Assembly: GCA_965205485.1 (NCBI GenBank)
Contig: OZ242180.1
Location: 3,968,001 to 4,032,000 of the forward strand
Length of the DNA: 64,000 nt
Reading direction: 5' to 3'
Origin: Candidatus Latescibacterota bacterium
Lineage (GTDB): Bacteria; Latescibacterota; UBA2968; GCA-2709665
The notes under the pieces are model-generated. The model had not been told where the DNA came from. It did no database searches and saw only the letters and a program-made list of their open reading frames with translations. Numbering within the stretch: the stretch's first letter is position 1; each line of letters starts with the position of its first letter. A program made the translations under genes and the position numbers. Below are positions 39,193 to 48,866 of this stretch, piece by piece.

Positions 39193-39510
39193 ATGCCGGA
39201 ATTTGAGCGCGCGTTTCGAAAGATCTATCGGGTGGTCGCGAGGATTCCCGAAGGGACCGTGGCCACGTACGGCCAGATCGCAGGGATTGCGGGGGTGGGT
39301 CCGAGGCAGGTGGGGCAGGCGCTCAAGGCATTGCCGGCAGGCACGCGGTGCCCGTGGCATCGGGTGATTAACGCGCGCGGGACCGTGTCCATTCGCACCG
39401 GTGCCGCGAAGGCGCACCTGGTCCAGGAACGGCTCCTCGAGGCCGAAGGTGTAACTTTCGTAAACGGTAAAGTCGACCTGGACATATATCGGTGGCACGC
39501 CGACCTTTAG
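39193..39510 (+). CDS. Alkyltransferase-like (ATL/MGMT-family) protein
   Basis: IPEG.VATYGQIA, PRQVG, PWHRV (Trp replaces the acceptor Cys). Confidence 0.9.
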   Translation: MPEFERAFRKIYRVVARIPEGTVATYGQIAGIAGVGPRQVGQALKALPAGTRCPWHRVINARGTVSIRTGAAKAHLVQERLLEAEGVTFVNGKVDLDIYRWHADL

Positions 39511-39548
39511 CAGCCCGTCTGTCGTTTCATGAGAAACAGGATTGGCCG

Positions 39549-41321
39549 ATGACGCTCAATCCCTTCAGACCCTTCTGGACGCATCTGAAACCCTACAGGA
39601 ACCGTATCCTTGCGGGTCTGCTGCTGCTGTCGATCGGTCAGCTGGCGTCAAGCGCGATTCCCCTTGCATTAAGGGAGGCGGTCGATCTGGTAAAGGAAGG
39701 GCTGGATGACGGAGTCGACCTCCTCGGGGGTGGCATCGGCGAGCAGGTTGTATTCTGGGTACTGTTGATCGTCGGTCTTGCACTCGCCCAGATGGGTCTG
39801 GAAATGGGGATGCGCTGGTGCCTGAACAGCGTCTCGCGATTCGTCGAGTATGATATTCGACGGGACTATTTCAAGGCTTTGTTGAGGCTGTCTCTGAGCT
39901 ACTTCCATCGGACGCCGACGGGAGATCTGATCTCCCGGGCGACCAACGACATGAACGCCGTCCGGATGTTTCTCGGATTCGGCGTACGCATGTTATTTGG
40001 CGCGGTTCTGGGTCTTTCCCTCAGCATGCTGGTGATGTGCTGGATCGACTGGAAGCTGGCGATTCTCGCGGTGGTGCCGATGCCCGTGATGGCCCTGGTC
40101 ATGAACCGGTTGGCCGGCAGGGTCCATCACGGATTTCGGTCCGTTCAGGAACAGTTTTCGCGAATCAGCGCCCGCGTCCAGGAGAACCTGTCCGGCATCC
40201 GGGTGGTCAAGGCATTCGCCCAGGGCCGCGCGGAGATGGATGCGTTCGACGAACTGAGCCGCGACTACCTGGTGAAGAACCGCAGTCTGATACGTATTCA
40301 GAGTCTTCTTTTTCCGTTGACCTTTCTGATCAGCGGCGCGTCGCTGGCGGTCATTCTGTGGATCGGTGGGGCACACGTGATCGCCGGGCGCCTGACCCTC
40401 GGCGATTTCGTGGCATTCAACGCCTATCTGACCAAGCTTATCTTTCCGATGATTACCCTGGGTTGGATGATCGACCGGTACCAGCGAGGACTGGCGTCCA
40501 TGAAGCGTATTGAGGAGATCCTTGCGGCAACGCCCGAAATTCAGGATTCGGCGCAGACCAGGGCTGTCGAAACGCTCGATGGTGAGATCGAGTTCCGAAA
40601 TCTGACCTTTTCGTACAACGGCGTCCCGGTGCTGAAAGACATCGACCTGCATATACCCAGGGGCAGCACCCTGGCACTCGTTGGACGCGTGGGTTCCGGA
40701 AAAACCACGCTGGCTCGACTGATTCCGAGGCTGATCCAGGCGCCTGCGGGCGCCGTGCTGATCGACGGCATTCCGGTGGAAGAGATCCCCCTGGCCACAC
40801 TTCGCGCCTGCATCGGTTTTGTTCCGCAGGATACCTTCCTCTTCTCGGACTCGCTTCGGGAGAATATCTGCCTCGGGAGCGACGAGGCGACCGAGACCGA
40901 TGTACGTCGGGCGGGCGAGGTTGCCGGCCTTTCGGGCGATCTTGCGGGTTTCCCTGACGGGATCGAAACCGTAATAGGAGAACGCGGCGTCACGCTTTCG
41001 GGAGGCCAGAAGCAGCGTACGGCGTTGGCCCGGGCGGTGATCCGTCGGCCTGAGATTCTCATCCTGGATGATGCCCTCGCCAGCGTCGATACCCAGACCG
41101 AAGAGAGGATATTGAATCGCCTCCGTGACACGATGAAGTCCAGTACCACGATATTGATTGCCCACCGCATTTCAACCGTTCAGCATGCGGATCAGATCGT
41201 GGTACTGGATGCAGGGGCCATTGCCGAACGCGGCACCCACGACGCCCTGATCAGCCACGGCGGAATCTATGCCGCCATGCACCGCCGACAGCAGTTGACC
41301 CGAGAACTGGATGAGATCTGA
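39549..41321 (+). CDS. ABC exporter, fused TMD-NBD (heterodimer subunit A)
   Basis: TGDLISRATND, GRVGSGKT, LSGGQKQR, LILDD (degenerate site). Confidence 0.95.
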   Translation: MTLNPFRPFWTHLKPYRNRILAGLLLLSIGQLASSAIPLALREAVDLVKEGLDDGVDLLGGGIGEQVVFWVLLIVGLALAQMGLEMGMRWCLNSVSRFVEYDIRRDYFKALLRLSLSYFHRTPTGDLISRATNDMNAVRMFLGFGVRMLFGAVLGLSLSMLVMCWIDWKLAILAVVPMPVMALVMNRLAGRVHHGFRSVQEQFSRISARVQENLSGIRVVKAFAQGRAEMDAFDELSRDYLVKNRSLIRIQSLLFPLTFLISGASLAVILWIGGAHVIAGRLTLGDFVAFNAYLTKLIFPMITLGWMIDRYQRGLASMKRIEEILAATPEIQDSAQTRAVETLDGEIEFRNLTFSYNGVPVLKDIDLHIPRGSTLALVGRVGSGKTTLARLIPRLIQAPAGAVLIDGIPVEEIPLATLRACIGFVPQDTFLFSDSLRENICLGSDEATETDVRRAGEVAGLSGDLAGFPDGIETVIGERGVTLSGGQKQRTALARAVIRRPEILILDDALASVDTQTEERILNRLRDTMKSSTTILIAHRISTVQHADQIVVLDAGAIAERGTHDALISHGGIYAAMHRRQQLTRELDEI

Positions 41322-41361
41322 ACCGTCTCGTTCCACCCCAGTTCTTGTACGATAGACCTGA

Positions 41362-43146
41362 ATGCCCGACTCAATCCGCGATATGCACGAAGAGGAAACT
41401 ACCCGGAAGCCGTTCGATGCCCGGCTGATGTGGCGTCTTCTGGGTTATCTCAAGCCCTACACGACCTGGGTCATTGTCGCATTCCTGCTGATTCTGCTGA
41501 CGTCGGCGGCCAGGCAGGCGGGCCCCTACCTGAGCAAGATCGCAGTGGACGACCACATCCTGCCGGGAGACCTGGCGGGTTTGAACAGGATCGTCCTGGT
41601 ATTTGTGGGGCTGCTTGTGTTTCAGTTCCTGGCCGACGTGGCCCAGAGGATGGTGACACAGATGGTCGGGCAGTGGGTGATGTACGACATCCGAAAGGCT
41701 ATATTCGGGCACCTGCAGCGGTTGCCCATACGATTCTTCGACCGCACCCCGATCGGACGCCTGATGACCCGAAACACCAACGACGTGGACGCGCTCAACG
41801 AGTTGTTTACGGACGGGGTCGTTGCCGTTTTCAGCGATATATTCACGCTGATCGCGATTATGGCGTACATGTTCTACATGGACGCGTCACTTGCGCTGCT
41901 GGTCTGCGCTACGGTGCCCGTGATGTTCGGGGTGACATTCTGGTTTCAAGGCCGCATGTTGCGGGCATTTCGCCTCGCGCGCAGCCGGTTGGCGCGCCTG
42001 AACGCTTACTTGCAGGAAAACATCACGGGTATGTCGGTGGTGCAGCTTTTTGGTCGGGAAGGCCGCCATGCGGATCGATTCGACCGAATCAACGGCCGGT
42101 ACCTGAATGCGAATCTGGAGTCCACGCTGTACTATTCGCTCTATTTTCCGATCATGCAATTGCTGGGTTCCGTTGCCACGGCGCTTGTTATCTGGCAGGG
42201 CAGCAGCGATGTAATCCGGGCGCAGATCGAGTGGGGCGCGCTGGTCGCCATGCTGCAGTACATTCCCCGGTTCTTCTGGCCCATACTGGACGTTGCCGAA
42301 CGATACGCGATTCTCCAGTCGGCGATGGCGTCGTCGGAGCGGATATTTGAACTTCTGGATACCCGGCCGGAGCCGGGCCTGGACAAGTCGGGGCCGAAGA
42401 AGATCCGGGGCGAGATCGAGTTTTCAGACGTCTGGTTCGCATACAACGACGCCGACTGGGTACTGAAAGACGTTTCGTTCGTGGTGAAACCGGGAGAACG
42501 CCTGGCTATCGTCGGCGCGACCGGTTCCGGTAAGACGACCATTATCAACCTTCTATGCAGGTTTTATGACATTCAACGCGGACGCATCCGAATTGACGGC
42601 GTCGACATAAGGGAGTGGGACGTGGAGGTGTTGAGGCGACGCGTTGGCGTCGTCCAGCAGGATGTCTTCCTCTTTTCAGGGGATATCGGGGCGAATATCC
42701 GATTGAGAAACCGCGAGATCTCGGAACAGAGCGTCGAACAGGCCGCAAGGGACGTCAACGCGGACCGCTTTATCAGTCGACTCCCCGGGGGATACGGGCA
42801 TGCCGTCACCGAAATGGGCGGCACCCTTTCCGGCGGTCAGAGGCAGTTGCTGGCCTTTGCACGGGCTATCGCGTTTGACCCGGATGTTCTCGTCCTGGAC
42901 GAAGCCACATCCAGCATCGACACCGAAACGGAGGCCTGGATTCAGGATGCCGTGGGAAGACTGATGCGGTCGAGGACGTCGATCGTGATCGCGCATCGCA
43001 TTTCAACGGTTCGGCGCGCGAACCGGATTCTTGTGATTCACAGGGGTGAAATCCGGGAAACGGGTACCCACGAAGCCCTGTTGGCCGCAAAGGGCGTATA
43101 TCACCGGCTTCACAAACTGCAATACATCGGCGGCGCCCGGCAGTAG
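41362..43146 (+). CDS. ABC exporter, fused TMD-NBD (heterodimer subunit B)
   Basis: GRLMTR.TND, GATGSGKT, LSGGQRQ, VLDEATS. Confidence 0.95.
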   Translation: MPDSIRDMHEEETTRKPFDARLMWRLLGYLKPYTTWVIVAFLLILLTSAARQAGPYLSKIAVDDHILPGDLAGLNRIVLVFVGLLVFQFLADVAQRMVTQMVGQWVMYDIRKAIFGHLQRLPIRFFDRTPIGRLMTRNTNDVDALNELFTDGVVAVFSDIFTLIAIMAYMFYMDASLALLVCATVPVMFGVTFWFQGRMLRAFRLARSRLARLNAYLQENITGMSVVQLFGREGRHADRFDRINGRYLNANLESTLYYSLYFPIMQLLGSVATALVIWQGSSDVIRAQIEWGALVAMLQYIPRFFWPILDVAERYAILQSAMASSERIFELLDTRPEPGLDKSGPKKIRGEIEFSDVWFAYNDADWVLKDVSFVVKPGERLAIVGATGSGKTTIINLLCRFYDIQRGRIRIDGVDIREWDVEVLRRRVGVVQQDVFLFSGDIGANIRLRNREISEQSVEQAARDVNADRFISRLPGGYGHAVTEMGGTLSGGQRQLLAFARAIAFDPDVLVLDEATSSIDTETEAWIQDAVGRLMRSRTSIVIAHRISTVRRANRILVIHRGEIRETGTHEALLAAKGVYHRLHKLQYIGGARQ

Positions 43147-43157
43147 GCTGATTTTTG

Positions 43158-43186
43158 TTGACAAAGCGATTCCATTTGTATATCCT
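43158..43186 (+). promoter_or_regulatory. Sigma70 promoter for hup
   Basis: TTGACA-17 bp-TATCCT. Confidence 0.55.
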
Positions 43187-43258
43187 TTTCGTTTGTCCAA
43201 ATTAACTAGACAGGTGTGTTTTTCGTAGAGCCATTGGCCAGTCTCGAAAGGGGTTTCG

Positions 43259-43546
43259 GTGACCAAAGCCGATATCGTCAATCAGATTGCAGAGGCCACG
43301 GGGTTGCCGAAATCCGATACGGCGGCTGTCGTGGAGGGTTTCCTCGACTCGGTCGTTGCGGCATTGAAACACGGCGAACACATCGAAATTCGAGGGTTCG
43401 GGACGTTCAAGGTCGTGACCCGGGCGCCCCGGATAGGGCGCAATCCCAAAACCGGCGACGTTGTTGAAATTCCCGAACGCCCCGCACCGGTTTTCAAGCC
43501 TTCCAGGGAATTGCGGGCTGGTCTCACGGACGAGCAGGCGGCCTGA
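43259..43546 (+). CDS. hup: HU/IHF-family DNA-binding protein
   Basis: MTKADIV, IEIRGFGTF, GRNPKTG, PVFKPS. Confidence 0.95.
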   Translation: MTKADIVNQIAEATGLPKSDTAAVVEGFLDSVVAALKHGEHIEIRGFGTFKVVTRAPRIGRNPKTGDVVEIPERPAPVFKPSRELRAGLTDEQAA

Positions 43547-43589
43547 ACCCGTGACGCACCAATATCAGTCTTACAAGAAGGAGCATTAA

Positions 43590-43679
43590 TTGCCCTGCGG
43601 AAGAAAACGAAAGCGCCACAAGATCGCGACTCACAAGCGCAAGAAGCGTCGCAGAAGAGACCGCCACAAGAAATCCTGA
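43590..43679 (+). CDS. Small basic ribosomal peptide (bS22/mS38, AURKAIP1/COX24-domain-like)
   Basis: Own translation MPCGRKRKRHKIATHKRKKRRRRDRHKKS; AAGGAG RBS, TTG start. Confidence 0.85.
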   Translation: MPCGRKRKRHKIATHKRKKRRRRDRHKKS

Positions 43680-43698
43680 CCGTTTTCAAGGGTCCAGA

Positions 43699-43776
43699 GG
43701 GGCATTAGCTCAGTCTGGATAGAGCGCTGGTCTCCGGAACCAGAGGTCACAGGTTCGAATCCTGTATGTCCCACCA
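43699..43776 (+). tRNA. tRNA-Arg(CCG)
   Basis: Cloverleaf; anticodon arm CTGGT-CTCCGGA-ACCAG; GGTTCGAATCC; 3' CCA. Confidence 0.95.
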
Positions 43777-43786
43777 TGCCATTTCA

Positions 43787-43829
43787 AGGCGAGCCGTCGA
43801 GAAATCGACGGCTCGCCTCTTTCTTTTTT
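43787..43829 (+). terminator. Intrinsic terminator after tRNA-Arg
   Basis: AGGCGAGCCGTCGA-gaaa-TCGACGGCTCGCCT plus T tract. Confidence 0.85.
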
Positions 43830-43923
43830 ATCCGCGTTCGGGCAATCCGGGATAACGTCCCGGGAATACGTTACCGGGACTTGCGCCGGAGATTCCGCGA
43901 CTCGTGTCCGGGATCCGAAGAAA

Positions 43924-44907
43924 GTGGAACTTTCGCGCGTCCAGATCGTTCCAATCGTACGTCGATCCACATCCGTTCCGGAAACGCCGGCGGATCTGGA
44001 CGGCGGATTCGCAGTCGCAAGGGGGTTGAAGCCAGCTTTGGACTTCCAGGAACCGACAAAGAAGCGTCTGCCTCATGACGCATCCGTACAGCGATACCTG
44101 AAGGAACTGCGCCGGTATCCCCCGATGACGCGCAAAGAGGAGACGGAAACGCTCGCCCGGGCCCGGAAGGGCGACCAAAAGGCGATCGAACGGCTCGTCA
44201 CCTCCAATTTGCGTTTTGTCGTGAGCGTTGCCCTCGAATACCAGGGCCGCGGCGTGCCGCTCTCGGACCTGATCGCCGAAGGCAACATGGGGTTGATGGA
44301 AGCCCTGAACCGGTTTGACGAAACCCGGGGATACAAGTTCATAAGCTATGCCGTCTGGTGGATTCGCCAGGCGATATTGAATGCGCTCAAACGTACGTCG
44401 GCAGTGTCCATGCCTGCGAATCGGCAGGAGGACATGGATCGCATGGCCCGAAGGTGGGGCCAGATGACCCAGGAATTGGGACGGGTGCCAACGGTCGAAG
44501 AGGTGGCCACCGATATGAAGATCAGTCGGAAGCGGGCTGAACGCGCGCTTCGATGCGCGCGGTCGGACCTCTCTCTGGAATCTCCGATCGACGCCGAAGG
44601 AGAAAAGACATTGCTGCAGGTACTTGACTGCGACGAAGCCCACCCTGATCTGGAGGTCCTGGAAAGAGACCGCACCGAGTTGATCAACGCCTCCCTTGCG
44701 GGAAGTCTCGATACGAGGGAGGCAAACGTCATCCGCTCCTACTTCGGCCTGGAGGGCGGTGATCGGAGGACGCTCGGAGAAATCGGCGGGGAACTGGGTG
44801 TCACGCGTGAACGTGTACGGCAGATCCGGAATCGTGCCCTGGGCAAACTGCGGCGATATTTCAAACAGCGCGTACGCGCCGAAGAGTCCTGGCAGGATCA
44901 GGTCTGA
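43924..44907 (+). CDS. RpoD/SigA-like sigma70 factor lacking region 1.1
   Basis: YLKEL, NLRFVVSVA, DLIAEGN.GL, RGYKFISYAVWWIRQ, TRERVRQI; start codon uncertain. Confidence 0.92.
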   Translation: MELSRVQIVPIVRRSTSVPETPADLDGGFAVARGLKPALDFQEPTKKRLPHDASVQRYLKELRRYPPMTRKEETETLARARKGDQKAIERLVTSNLRFVVSVALEYQGRGVPLSDLIAEGNMGLMEALNRFDETRGYKFISYAVWWIRQAILNALKRTSAVSMPANRQEDMDRMARRWGQMTQELGRVPTVEEVATDMKISRKRAERALRCARSDLSLESPIDAEGEKTLLQVLDCDEAHPDLEVLERDRTELINASLAGSLDTREANVIRSYFGLEGGDRRTLGEIGGELGVTRERVRQIRNRALGKLRRYFKQRVRAEESWQDQV

Positions 44908-45192
44908 TTCCGGATCGGCAGCGACGCCGGACCGTGCGGGCAGGGGCTCACCCTTGCCCGCATTTTTCTTGCATTCGTCTGAGCCCCCGAGGCGGGTTGC
45001 TTCAGCCTCGGATCCTGCGATGCGGGAAAAGTATAAAGTCATTGATCCAATGGCATTTGATGGTTAAATTGAGGTGGAAATTCGCAGCTTGCGGCACGCA
45101 GGAAACGACTGTTCGATCTCGTTGCTCCGCCTGATCCGCGGGACGGCGTGCACGGCTGCAAAAGTTGGCCAATCCATTTCAGGAATTGTCCC

Positions 45193-45966
45193 GTGAGGCG
45201 TCTGCTGGAATTCGTGGGCATGAAGACTGCCCGGTTTCTATTGCTTACGTTTTCGATGTACGGGTATTTTCGGCGGTTTCTCGGCGAACTGCCAAACGTC
45301 TATTTCTACAGACGCCAGATCATCGAACAATGTTACTCCGTTGGCGTGAATTCACTGTCTCTCGTTGTCCTTGTTTCAGCTTTCAGCGGAATGGCAGTAT
45401 CCACGATGATGGCCTACCAGATGGAGGACTACGTACCAGACTACATGGTCGGCAGCATCGTGGTTCGCTCGGTGCTTCTGGAACTGGCGCCGATTCTCAT
45501 GGGGCTGGTACTGGCGGGCCAGGTAGGCGCGGGCATCGCGTCCGAGGTGGGCACGATGAAGGTTTCCGAGCAGGTGGATGCGCTGGTTTCGCTGGCCGTG
45601 GATCCGGTAGGCTACCTCCTGATGCCGCGGGTTCTCGCGGGTATCGTGATGATCCCCGTGCTGGTCGTATTCTCCGCCTGCACGTCGATCTCCGCAGGCT
45701 ACATGATGTCCATCCATCTGATGGATATCACGGTTGCCGATTTCGTGAAGGGCATGAAACTGGACTGGAGTTCGTACGATCTTGTGGTGTGCCTGATCAA
45801 GTCCGTGGTTTACGGCGGCATGATCACCTTTTACGGCTCTTATGCCGGATTGTCGGCAACTGGCGGGGCGCAGGGGGTGGGCCGCGCGGCGACGGCGGCG
45901 GTGGTGATTTCGGCTGCATCAATCCTGATTCTCGACTACTTCCTGACCAAGACGTTGCTGTATTGA
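45193..45966 (+). CDS. mlaE: MlaE-family ABC permease
   Basis: ELAP, AGQVGAGIASEVGTMKVSEQVDAL, PRVLAG, GGAQGVG.A.T. Confidence 0.93.
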   Translation: MRRLLEFVGMKTARFLLLTFSMYGYFRRFLGELPNVYFYRRQIIEQCYSVGVNSLSLVVLVSAFSGMAVSTMMAYQMEDYVPDYMVGSIVVRSVLLELAPILMGLVLAGQVGAGIASEVGTMKVSEQVDALVSLAVDPVGYLLMPRVLAGIVMIPVLVVFSACTSISAGYMMSIHLMDITVADFVKGMKLDWSSYDLVVCLIKSVVYGGMITFYGSYAGLSATGGAQGVGRAATAAVVISAASILILDYFLTKTLLY

Positions 45967-46034
45967 TACGGGTTGTGTTCTTCAGTTCGGAGATGTGTTC
46001 ACCCGTCGTTCGTTTTTGATGAATGGGATGAGAA

Positions 46035-46778
46035 ATGGCCGATAACGGCGTTGCCATCCGTTTCGAAGCGGTACACAAGCGATTCGATGAACTGGAAGTC
46101 CTCAAAGGAATGGACCTGGAAGTCCGATGGGGTGAAGTCACCACCATTCTGGGGCCCAGCGGATGCGGCAAGAGCGTGACGCTGAAACATATTATCGGGA
46201 TCGAACAGGCCGACCGGGGGCGGGTGACGGTCGTCGGTCACGATATGAGTTCCATCCGGAAGAAAGACCTGAAGGAACTGCGTAAGCGAATCGGCGTTCT
46301 GTTTCAGTCGTCGGCTCTGTTCGATTCGATGAACGTAAAGGAGAACGTGGCGTTCGGACTGAGGATGCATACCCCGATGTCAGAAAGAGAAATCGATGAG
46401 CGGGTCGGCGTATGCCTCGAGGCGGTTCGGCTTTCGGGAGCGGAGCTGACGATGCCCGTCGAACTGTCCGGCGGCATGCGGAAGCGCGCCGCACTGGCCA
46501 GGGCAATTGCCATGTCGCCTGATTTCATCCTCTACGACGAGCCGACAACCGGCCTGGATCCGGGAACAGCCGCAGTGGTTGGCGATTACATACTGAAACT
46601 TCAGAGTGAGCTGGACGTAACCTCGGTTGTGGTTACCCACGATCTGCCGCTTGCCCGCAGGATTTCAGACAGGCTTGCCCTACTCTACAACGGAAAAACC
46701 GCCATTCAAGGGACGCCCGAGGAGATCGAGAGGAGCGGAAACGATGTTTACGACCTGTTCGTTCAGGGAAAAATCTGA
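46035..46778 (+). CDS. mlaF: MlaF-family ABC ATPase
   Basis: GPSGCGKS, FQSSALFDSM, ELSGGMRKR, YDEPTTGLDP, VTHD. Confidence 0.94.
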   Translation: MADNGVAIRFEAVHKRFDELEVLKGMDLEVRWGEVTTILGPSGCGKSVTLKHIIGIEQADRGRVTVVGHDMSSIRKKDLKELRKRIGVLFQSSALFDSMNVKENVAFGLRMHTPMSEREIDERVGVCLEAVRLSGAELTMPVELSGGMRKRAALARAIAMSPDFILYDEPTTGLDPGTAAVVGDYILKLQSELDVTSVVVTHDLPLARRISDRLALLYNGKTAIQGTPEEIERSGNDVYDLFVQGKI

Positions 46779-46790
46779 AGCAGGTGACAA

Positions 46791-47696
46791 ATGATCAGTC
46801 GAGAAAAGCAGTTGTTTCTGGGGGCGGTCATATTCCTGGCGATCGCAATAGCCGTACTGGGTGCGACGTGGCTGTCGGAAAACTACGCGGGCGCGGCCGG
46901 TGGCTATCAGCTGCACGTCTTTTTCGAAAGTGTACCCGGGTTGCAGCCTGGCGATCCGGTATTCATCCGGGGGGTATGGGCCGGCAAGGTCCTCGACATC
47001 GGACTGACGCACGGATTGCCGCTCGTCAGCATCGGCTTCGCTGAATTTCGAAATCTGCCCCGCGACTCGAAGGTATTGTTGCAGGCCGAGGGGTTGCTGG
47101 GTGGCAAGATGATCGACGTTCAGGTGGGAACGGAATCCGACCGGGTGTACGCCGACCACGATACGCTTCGAGGATCGTCGGAAGGCGGTATAGAAGAGAT
47201 GGCGGAACATGCCGGTGTGCTTGCGCAGCGCCTGGAAGCGGTCCTTGCCGACAGGAATCTGGACCATTACGAAGCCCTGCTCGCGAATATGGACAGTACC
47301 GCCGCGCTTTTGAAGCAGGCAGTCGCGGAGAACCGAGAGACCCTAAAGGCCCTGCTGGACACCGCGGCCCTGGCCGCCCGCGACGCGCGGGACATTCTCG
47401 GCGAGAATCGGCCCGAAGTGCGCCGGGTCGTCGGGAACATGCGGCGTGCGACCGCAAGGCTGGACGGGATGGCGCGAACGTTCGAGACGGCGCTGGAATC
47501 CTTCGAGAGGTCACTGTCGGACCTGAACGAGGTTGGCGGTAAACTGCGCCGCGGCGAAGGTACTCTGGGCCGTCTCGTTCACGACGAAACGCTGTATCTG
47601 GATATGCGGCGTACGCTTGCCTCTGTTGACAGTCTTATCGAGGACATCAAAGAAGACCCTAAACGCTATCTGAATGTTGACGTGAGTCTGTTCTGA
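46791..47696 (+). CDS. mlaD: MlaD/MCE-family protein
   Basis: N-terminal TM, F..VPGL.PGDPV.IRGV..G.V, GLLGGK, long helical tail, GEGTLGRL. Confidence 0.92.
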   Translation: MISREKQLFLGAVIFLAIAIAVLGATWLSENYAGAAGGYQLHVFFESVPGLQPGDPVFIRGVWAGKVLDIGLTHGLPLVSIGFAEFRNLPRDSKVLLQAEGLLGGKMIDVQVGTESDRVYADHDTLRGSSEGGIEEMAEHAGVLAQRLEAVLADRNLDHYEALLANMDSTAALLKQAVAENRETLKALLDTAALAARDARDILGENRPEVRRVVGNMRRATARLDGMARTFETALESFERSLSDLNEVGGKLRRGEGTLGRLVHDETLYLDMRRTLASVDSLIEDIKEDPKRYLNVDVSLF

Positions 47697-47709
47697 GCGG
47701 AGGTAAGGG

Positions 47710-48864
47710 GTGCGGGAGGTGATTGCCCGAAACGGTTTCCGGGTGCTGGCATGCCTGTTCGCGGGATTGACCCTGGCGCACGCGGGCGACCTGGAATGGT
47801 TCCGATGGGCAAGGCGAAAGGATGTGTCCTTCGGCGGCGCCCTGGGCGAAATGCGCACCATCAGGACCATTCCCGCCGCGGCTGACTCGGTTAGACGTCT
47901 GGTCTACGGAGACCGGCAGGGACTACTGCACGTTCTCGAACTCAGCGAGGGGCGTTCCCGGGAGGTATGGGTCAGCCAGTCCCTGAAGTCGTCCGTTGCT
48001 CAGGTTTTCGTGGCCGATGTCAATGCGGACGATGTCCTCGAGATCGTCGCGTATTCGCATTGGGGCGACATCGTGATTTACAATTCGGATTCGTACGAGT
48101 TGATCTGGCGCAGCAAAGACGACGAGTACGCGACGATCTCGACGATGGCGATCGAGAATCTGGATGGCGACCCACAACTTGAGTTGATCTTCCTTGGCGA
48201 AGCACAGGACGCATCGGGTGAGCGAGACTCGCGGTTGTTTGTCTACGACGGAAGGCATCTGGCGGAGGAGAGGCGGGGCGAGCAGACGCTGATCGGGGAA
48301 AGCATCGTGGTCGCGAACCTGGACGAAGACGCGGCGCTTGAAATCGCCATCAATACCGGCGTGGTCATCGATGCAAGAACCCTCGATTTCGAATGGCACT
48401 TCGGCGGCTGTGACCGAATGGGGTACATGGACGTGAATTACGACGGCACCCCGGATCTGATAGGAGAATACGCCAGCTTGCGTCCGGAACGACACATCAG
48501 GGTGATTTCAATCACCTCGGATTTTCGAGGAAACCACGGAACTGAGGGCTCGGGAAGGATTGCGGACTGCGCCTCGTGCCACAAACTCAGGGCGTTCTGC
48601 CAGGACTGCCACGAGAGAGAGGGTGTAACAAGCACCGTCGGCCACCAAAACCCCGGTGGACGCATCGACGAGGAGGCCTATCATCTGCGGGAGGCGCCTT
48701 ACTTTGCGCCGTACGGAAATGTGAACGAGTGTACGAGTTGCCATAAACTCGAACTCAGGGAGGTGTGTCTGGCGTGTCACCAGCGTACCGTTCCCGACGG
48801 TGAAGAAGCCATTCGGGCGAATACCGAGATCTATTCGATTCTGACCGAACTCAAGGACCGATAG
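47710..48864 (+). CDS. Exported FG-GAP/VCBS-like repeat protein with C-terminal tetraheme cytochrome c domain
   Basis: Signal peptide; DVNADD.LEI, NLDGDPQLEL, NLDEDAALEI, DVNYDG.PDL repeats; CASCH, CQDCH, CTSCH, CLACH. Confidence 0.8.
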   Translation: MREVIARNGFRVLACLFAGLTLAHAGDLEWFRWARRKDVSFGGALGEMRTIRTIPAAADSVRRLVYGDRQGLLHVLELSEGRSREVWVSQSLKSSVAQVFVADVNADDVLEIVAYSHWGDIVIYNSDSYELIWRSKDDEYATISTMAIENLDGDPQLELIFLGEAQDASGERDSRLFVYDGRHLAEERRGEQTLIGESIVVANLDEDAALEIAINTGVVIDARTLDFEWHFGGCDRMGYMDVNYDGTPDLIGEYASLRPERHIRVISITSDFRGNHGTEGSGRIADCASCHKLRAFCQDCHEREGVTSTVGHQNPGGRIDEEAYHLREAPYFAPYGNVNECTSCHKLELREVCLACHQRTVPDGEEAIRANTEIYSILTELKDR

Positions 48865-48866
48865 GC

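Noticed and set aside
39193..39510. Active O6-methylguanine methyltransferase (Ogt/Ada)
   Set aside because: PWHRV lacks the acceptor Cys of PCHRV, so it is the known ATL class
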